A stretch of 64,000 bases of DNA. It comes from Leptospirales bacterium. GTDB lineage: Bacteria > Spirochaetota > Leptospiria > Turneriellales > JAOUFE01. The notes under the pieces were generated by a model. The model was given only the letters and a program-made list of their open reading frames with translations. It was not told the origin of the DNA and did not search any database. This document shows positions 58,272-64,000 of the stretch, one piece after another. Within the stretch, counting starts at the first letter, position 1. Every line of letters begins with the position of its first letter. The translations under genes were made by a program, and so were the position numbers. The stretch is taken from assembly GCA_040326155.1 (NCBI GenBank), contig JBEQLE010000005.1, forward strand, positions 1 to 64,000, read 5' to 3'.

Positions 58272-60215
58272 ATGAGTCTGACCACAACACACAATTATTC
58301 GCTTTCACGGAAATATTTTAACCTCGGGTTGCTTTTGCAAACGGTGGTCTTCTTCTTAATTTCTTATGCCCGGGGCGAGTTTGTTTTGCCCGTGATCGCA
58401 ATCGTTATTACCGGTTTTGTTTTATTGGTTCATGTATTTACATCGGGTGATCATCTTAAAGAAGGTATTCTCTACGTAGTCTCTCTATTGTTTATATCCA
58501 CTGTCATTTTGTTATTTTCTGTAAAGACACCTGGTATTTATATATACTATAGTCTAATTTCCGTTTTACTCGTTGTTTTTCTTCGCCAATGGTTATTGGC
58601 GCTTTATGGTATTGCCGGTTTTTTCTTCTTATTGTATGGATGGATAAATAGTAACATTACAGCTGGTGTGTTTGGGGAGAATGCTAAATCATCGGAATTG
58701 CTTATAGCGCTCTCGATTTTCTTAACGGGTATGTTTTTCTCGTGGTATATTTGTAAACAGGTTCTGCGTTGGCTTAAAAGTGAGGAACCTCTCGCTGAAC
58801 TGTCCGAACAGAAAGAAAATTCAGTTGATCTCGATCATTATGAAATTCCATATTTAATGTATTTGAAACCGGTAGCAGATAATATTCGGCGACTGAGCAA
58901 AGAAATTGAAAAATCAGGCACCAGTAACAAAATTCGACTTTCCGGCCAAAAAGAAAAAATTATCGAAGTTGAAAGTGTGGTTAAAAATCTGGGCGACTCC
59001 TTTCATGATACTTCCGATATTATTAAACAAGTTAAACGTATCAGCTCTCAGTGTCGTACCATTGCAAAAACCAGTGCCGAAGAGATTCACGTTGTCTTAG
59101 AAATGGTAAAACAGATGGTGAAAATCGTTGACGCTACCCGAAAACATGTTGCCGATTTGAAAGAGTCTACCCGTCGGGTTGAAAACGTTATTAAAGTTAT
59201 CGATAAAATTTCCCACCAGACTCGATTACTGGCATTAAACGCATCTATTGAAGCCGCCAGGTTCGGGGCTGACCAGCATGGTTTTGTGATGGTAGCAGAT
59301 GAAGTGAAAGTACTCTCTGTTTTAACCCAGCTTTCTGTTCAGGATATTACAAACACTGTAAGAGATATTAAGATTAAAACGAAAGCGGTAGAAGATATTA
59401 TTAACCAGGAAGTCGAAGAGTCGGTAAAAGGTCTTGATATAGCCCGTTTAGGGGAACAGTCGGTTAAGTATGTTGACAGCATTTTAGGTTCTCTTGAAAT
59501 GGAAGTTGAAATGATGGAAGAGGAATTTGTAACAAACCGCGAATCGGCCATCGCTATTATTGAACAGTTTTCTAATATTAAAGTTTTTGTGGAAGAAAAT
59601 TCCAAAAGTATGAATGAACTGTTGCTGCGTATTGATGACATGAAGCTTCAAACAGAAAACGTTATGACCATTGTTAAAAGTTGTGACCTTGACGCTCCCA
59701 TTAGTAAACAAAACGATCTTGCTTTTATGTATGGAAACCGTGTTATTATGGAGTGTGAAACCATATTTGAAAACGGAATTGCATCTAAAGATATATCCAT
59801 GGAAGATTTGTACAGTCGTGAGTACGAGCCGTTCGAAGAAGGGTTGGGTTTATATCATAGTAAACATGACAAGTATATTGAAACACATTTGCAAAAAGTA
59901 CTCGATAAATATCTTGAAAAAGTAGACAACTTTGTTTACTTCTATATTATGGACTCTAAGGGGTATATTCCGGTGCATAATTCTATATATTCTCAAGAAT
60001 TGACCGGAGATATTGACAAGGATGAAAAACTACATCGACCAAAAAGGATAAGTCAGGACTATGCATCTACTCTTGCATTGAAAAATGACGATATTTTTCT
60101 TTTACAGTGTGTTCGACACTCCTCGGAGACAGAACCTGTTATGGATATGTCGATACCCTTTTTCTTTCGCGATAAACAGTGGGGTGTTGTGAGAGTCGGT
60201 TTTGTTTACACGTAA
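58272..60215 (+). CDS. Methyl-accepting chemotaxis protein with an extra C-terminal domain (divergent paralog)
   Basis: About six TM helices; ISHQTRLLALNASIEAARFG..GFVMVADEV; C-terminal GYIPVHN..RPKRI..DMSIP..WGVVRVGF. Confidence 0.9.
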   Translation: MSLTTTHNYSLSRKYFNLGLLLQTVVFFLISYARGEFVLPVIAIVITGFVLLVHVFTSGDHLKEGILYVVSLLFISTVILLFSVKTPGIYIYYSLISVLLVVFLRQWLLALYGIAGFFFLLYGWINSNITAGVFGENAKSSELLIALSIFLTGMFFSWYICKQVLRWLKSEEPLAELSEQKENSVDLDHYEIPYLMYLKPVADNIRRLSKEIEKSGTSNKIRLSGQKEKIIEVESVVKNLGDSFHDTSDIIKQVKRISSQCRTIAKTSAEEIHVVLEMVKQMVKIVDATRKHVADLKESTRRVENVIKVIDKISHQTRLLALNASIEAARFGADQHGFVMVADEVKVLSVLTQLSVQDITNTVRDIKIKTKAVEDIINQEVEESVKGLDIARLGEQSVKYVDSILGSLEMEVEMMEEEFVTNRESAIAIIEQFSNIKVFVEENSKSMNELLLRIDDMKLQTENVMTIVKSCDLDAPISKQNDLAFMYGNRVIMECETIFENGIASKDISMEDLYSREYEPFEEGLGLYHSKHDKYIETHLQKVLDKYLEKVDNFVYFYIMDSKGYIPVHNSIYSQELTGDIDKDEKLHRPKRISQDYASTLALKNDDIFLLQCVRHSSETEPVMDMSIPFFFRDKQWGVVRVGFVYT

Positions 60216-60276
60216 ATTTGTTAAATTAAGAAGAAATGTGGTTTTGACGATACTATTAAAGTAAAGGAACATATAA

Positions 60277-60984
60277 ATGGAAAAACCTATTGTAATTCAT
60301 TATCGATTTAAATTTACTGATGACAACCGCGTTACAGATTACCTGCTCCGTCTTGACCCTAAAACGATTACGTTTATTCCTCCCACCGATTTGGAATTAC
60401 CTGACTGGGTAAACCTCGAATTTAACAAATGCGATCACTGTCCGTTAGATCCGAAAGAGCATCAGCATTGTCCGGTTGCCAGGAACCTGGCCGGGTTTGT
60501 GGAACACTTTAAAAATGAAATTTCCCATACGGAAGCGCTGATTATTGTTCGTGCAAATGATCGTTATTATAGCAAGCAACTCTCTTTGCAAGAGGGACTT
60601 TATTCTGTGTATGGAATTATTATGTCGACCAGCAATTGTCCCATGATGAATTTCCTAAAACCAATGGCCCGGTATCATCTTCCTTTTGCATCGCTGGAAG
60701 AGACTATCTTTCGTACGACTTCTTCTTACCTGCTTGAGCAATACTATGCTCATAAACGCGGTGAAGAGGCTGATCTGAAACTTGACGGACTTTTATTTCG
60801 CTATCAGGAAGTCGAAAAGGTAAATGAAGGTATTTCGAGACGTCTAAGAGCTGTAACCAGTGGAGACGCTGATCGAAACGCCGTTGTCCTTCTCGATTCA
60901 CTGGCCCAGGTACTTTTCTTTGAACTTGGCACCAGCCTCGAGAGTATGGAGTATTTGTATGGCCAGTCTGTTCAATCTACTTAA
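60277..60984 (+). CDS. Conserved hypothetical Cys-motif protein (resembles DUF6901 from memory)
   Basis: PDWVNLEFNKCDHCPL..HCPVA and SNCP..KPMARYHLPFASLEET; AAGGA RBS. Confidence 0.7.
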   Translation: MEKPIVIHYRFKFTDDNRVTDYLLRLDPKTITFIPPTDLELPDWVNLEFNKCDHCPLDPKEHQHCPVARNLAGFVEHFKNEISHTEALIIVRANDRYYSKQLSLQEGLYSVYGIIMSTSNCPMMNFLKPMARYHLPFASLEETIFRTTSSYLLEQYYAHKRGEEADLKLDGLLFRYQEVEKVNEGISRRLRAVTSGDADRNAVVLLDSLAQVLFFELGTSLESMEYLYGQSVQST

Positions 60985-61028
60985 AAAAGCTGTTTTTGTC
61001 ACGAGAATGGATTGTCTATAAATATTAT

Positions 61029-61093
61029 TTGACAACCTATCTGTATTCTATTATGTTGCAATCCAGTTAGCACTCGAAAGTTTAGAGTGCTAA
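61029..61093 (+). promoter_or_regulatory. sigma70 promoter and CIRCE operator (HrcA site)
   Basis: TTGACA-N17-TATGTT, then a perfect TTAGCACTC-N9-GAGTGCTAA at 61067-61093. Confidence 0.97.
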
Positions 61094-61111
61094 TGTATTG
61101 GTCCTAAACTC

Positions 61112-62215
61112 ATGACAGAACAGATTACAAAACGACAAGCGAATATTATCAGGTCTGTTGTTACCGGCTATATCGACACGGGGCAACCTGTCGGGTCGGC
61201 TAATGTGGTCGAAAATTTTTTAAACGATATTTCATCTGCAACAGTAAGAAAAGAGATGTCGGTTTTAGAACAGATGGGTTATCTCTTTAGCCCACATACG
61301 TCGGCAGGTAGAGTTCCCTCCGATAAAGCGATTGAATTTTATGTTCGAGAGTTAATTGGCCTCTATTCGGGTGAAGCTAAAAAAAGTGTCAATTTAGAAG
61401 AACTTTCGAGAACAGCCAACATGCAACTTGAAAAGTTGATGAAAGCAACCGCGCAGCAACTTGCAGCAGCTTCCGATAATGCCGGTATTGTTCTAGCCCC
61501 TTTGGCTTCTGGTTCTTCCATTAACCGGGTCGAACTTGTTTCGGTTACGGGAAGCATTGTTTTAATTATAATGGTCGCTGGTTCCGGTACAATTTACCAG
61601 AAAAAAGTGCGCTTAGATTCAGCTTATACACAAGAAGAGTTATATAAAGTCAGCAGGTATTTAAACCGTATGTTGAAAGGGTACGATATAACCGATATTC
61701 GCGATAAAGGGCTTGCCTTTTTTATGGAGTCCGATAATAGTATGGGCGACCTGGGTAACGCTGCTATGCAGGTGGCTCAAAATTTGATTTATACCCCACC
61801 GAACCAGCAGGTTCTAATTGAGGGTGAAGCGTCTTTATATAAACATATTCACGAAGAGTATAGTGACCCGAAAGTTTCAGAGTTATTGATAAACCAGCTC
61901 GAAGATAAAAGTTTTATATGCAATTTAATCAATGATTTAACACAAGAAGACGCTATCGATGTTCAAATCGGTTTTAATACAAGCGATGAACGTCTTGAAG
62001 GTATCTCAATTTTAACACGTAGTTATTCCGTAGGCGGTAGAAATATTGGAGCTCTCGGTGTCATAGGTCTGAAACGAATGCCCTATGACAAAATTATCCA
62101 GAGTATTGATTACAGCTCTTTTATTTTATCCAGTTTGTTAAATGAACTATCCGAATTAGATTTTGATGAAGGGACAATTATCAATATTGACGGATTACCC
62201 GCTTTGCGCCATTGA
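61112..62215 (+). CDS. hrcA: Heat-inducible transcription repressor HrcA
   Basis: YIDTGQPVGS, SSATVRKEM..LE and PHTSAGRVPS motifs; preceded by CIRCE. Confidence 0.96.
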   Translation: MTEQITKRQANIIRSVVTGYIDTGQPVGSANVVENFLNDISSATVRKEMSVLEQMGYLFSPHTSAGRVPSDKAIEFYVRELIGLYSGEAKKSVNLEELSRTANMQLEKLMKATAQQLAAASDNAGIVLAPLASGSSINRVELVSVTGSIVLIIMVAGSGTIYQKKVRLDSAYTQEELYKVSRYLNRMLKGYDITDIRDKGLAFFMESDNSMGDLGNAAMQVAQNLIYTPPNQQVLIEGEASLYKHIHEEYSDPKVSELLINQLEDKSFICNLINDLTQEDAIDVQIGFNTSDERLEGISILTRSYSVGGRNIGALGVIGLKRMPYDKIIQSIDYSSFILSSLLNELSELDFDEGTIINIDGLPALRH

Positions 62216-62236
62216 TAAGTATACAAGGAAACCAAT

Positions 62237-62899
62237 ATGTCTGAAAATAGTGAAAATACACCAAAAGCAAATACAGAAGAAATAGAAAACGATAACATCT
62301 CCTTTGAACCTGGTCTGCCGAAAGATATCGAAGATTCAGAAAACCTGGAAGCCGAAAGTGCAACTTCGCAAACTGATGAAACTGTAGAAGCCGAGCAGAG
62401 TGAAGATACGCCCGAAGAGATGATTGAAGATTTAAAAGAAGAACTTCACGCTCTTACATCGACTTTACAGCGGGAAAGGGCAGACTTTGTTAATTTTCGA
62501 AGACGTTCGCAAGCTGAAAAAGAAGAAGCAAATTCAATTGCTTTACGGGTAATTTTACAAGAAATGTTACCTGCTATGGATGCTTTTGACCAACTGTTTT
62601 CGGTGAAAATAGATGAAAATCACAATATCGATCAATTTATGGATGGGGTAAAACTGATTCGTAAGCAACTTTGGCAATCGTTCTCAAATCTCGGTGTGGA
62701 AGAGCTTGATCCTGCTGGAAAAGAGTTTGATCCAAATGAAATGGAAGCGTTGAGTGTAGATGAATCTTCTGAGGTAGAACATGAAGTGGTAGACAAAGTT
62801 TATCAGAAAGGGTATACCATAAGCGGAAAGGTTCTGCGAGCGGCTAGAGTAGGAGTGCATAAACCTGCTGCCAAAGAGAAAAAAGAAGATGCAAATTAG
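62237..62899 (+). CDS. grpE: Nucleotide exchange factor GrpE
   Basis: RERADFVNFRRR, FDPNEMEA and QKGY..VLRAARV motifs. Confidence 0.96.
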   Translation: MSENSENTPKANTEEIENDNISFEPGLPKDIEDSENLEAESATSQTDETVEAEQSEDTPEEMIEDLKEELHALTSTLQRERADFVNFRRRSQAEKEEANSIALRVILQEMLPAMDAFDQLFSVKIDENHNIDQFMDGVKLIRKQLWQSFSNLGVEELDPAGKEFDPNEMEALSVDESSEVEHEVVDKVYQKGYTISGKVLRAARVGVHKPAAKEKKEDAN

Positions 62900-62923
62900 A
62901 ATTAATATTAAGGAGAAATCAAT

Positions 62924-64000
62924 ATGTCTAAGGAAAAAGTAATTGGAATAGATCTTGGCACAACGAATTCATGTGTTGCGGTCATGGAAGGTGGCGAACC
63001 TGTTGTCGTTCCCAACTCGGAAGGTGGTAGAACAACTCCTTCTGTTGTAGCATTCACTGAAAAAGGGGAAGTTCTGGTAGGCCAAACAGCCAAAAACCAG
63101 ATGATTACAAACCCCGTGAATACAATTCGCTCAGCAAAACGGTTTGTTGGTCGCAAATTCAGCGAAGTAAGCCAGGAAATACGACTTGTACCCTATACTT
63201 TAAAAGATAGTACGAATCATTCTATAGTTATTGAAACCAGAGAGAAAGATTATCGCCCCGAAGAGATCTCCGCTCGTGTTTTACAAAAAATGAAACAAAC
63301 AGCAGAAGATTACCTGGGTTATGATGTAGATAAAGCTGTTGTTACGGTTCCAGCTTATTTTAACGACGAACAAAGACAGGCAACTAAAGACGCTGGAAAA
63401 ATAGCAGGTCTTGACGTACTTCGTATTATAAACGAGCCCACTGCGGCGGCCCTGGCCTATGGTTTAGACCAGAAAAATAAAAGTGAGATGATCGCTGTAT
63501 TTGACCTGGGCGGTGGTACCTTTGATATTTCTATTTTAGAGCTGGCCGATAATGTCTTTGAAGTAAAATCAACTTCAGGCGATACCCATCTTGGTGGCGA
63601 CGATTTTGACCAGGTGATTATGGATTGGTTGGTCGAAGAATTTAAAAAAGAGACCAGTATCGATGTTGGCAAAGATAAAATGGCCCAGCAACGGTTGAAA
63701 GAGGCTGCAGAAAAAGCAAAAATTGAATTATCAAATAAAGAGACTTCGGATATAAATATTCCATTTATTACAGCTGACTCATCGGGCCCCAGACACTTGA
63801 ATATGAACCTGACAAGGGCGAAATTTAACCAGTTGACTAGTCACCTGGTTGAAAAAACATTAGGACCTTGCAAAACGGCTCTTAAAGACGCCGGTCTAAA
63901 CGCGAGTGATATTGATGAAATTATTTTAGTCGGTGGTTCTACCAGAATTCCAGCGGTACACGATAAAGTAAAAGAGCTGTTTTCTAAAGAGCCAAATAAA
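62924..64000 (+). CDS. dnaK: Chaperone DnaK (runs off the right edge)
   Basis: [54 protein letters not shown] and DLGGGTFD motifs. Confidence 0.98.
   Translation, partial: MSKEKVIGIDLGTTNSCVAVMEGGEPVVVPNSEGGRTTPSVVAFTEKGEVLVGQTAKNQMITNPVNTIRSAKRFVGRKFSEVSQEIRLVPYTLKDSTNHSIVIETREKDYRPEEISARVLQKMKQTAEDYLGYDVDKAVVTVPAYFNDEQRQATKDAGKIAGLDVLRIINEPTAAALAYGLDQKNKSEMIAVFDLGGGTFDISILELADNVFEVKSTSGDTHLGGDDFDQVIMDWLVEEFKKETSIDVGKDKMAQQRLKEAAEKAKIELSNKETSDINIPFITADSSGPRHLNMNLTRAKFNQLTSHLVEKTLGPCKTALKDAGLNASDIDEIILVGGSTRIPAVHDKVKELFSKEPNK

Overview
Gene-dense, AT-rich bacterial chromosome segment. It is probably from a Leptospirales-like spirochete; this is inferred from the flbD-motA-motB-fliL-fliY block without fliM, the ACIII layout and the many lipoproteins. 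Most genes are housekeeping: a full alternative complex III operon (actA-F plus an extra monoheme cytochrome c), tRNA-Gly(TCC), ribE, dprA, rpmE, the AmmeMemoRadiSam trio, flagellar motor genes, proA, nadD, mnmG, uvrB, kdsD, xseB, argB, tadA, an amidase, lnt, pgi, two divergent MCPs, and CIRCE-hrcA-grpE-dnaK. The most notable observations are five. (1) A KDSR-like SDR has its catalytic Asn and Lys reciprocally swapped. (2) A dispersed TAAGGAAGGCAGGAA inverted-repeat family forms two ~200-bp elements, and two more arms bracket a ~7.9-kb accessory island. That island holds a kinase-AAA-GAF-GGDEF giant and an alanine-dehydrogenase-like gene with integron-cassette signatures. (3) A 161-bp CTAG-flanked, highly structured MITE sits in the loop of the uvrB terminator. 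(4) Several sigma28-type promoters lie upstream of hypothetical genes, including an acidic 82-aa tandem-repeat protein. (5) There is a small, decaying toxin-antitoxin cluster. No CRISPR array, integrase or intact transposase was seen. All product calls come from motif recognition by eye, not from database searches.
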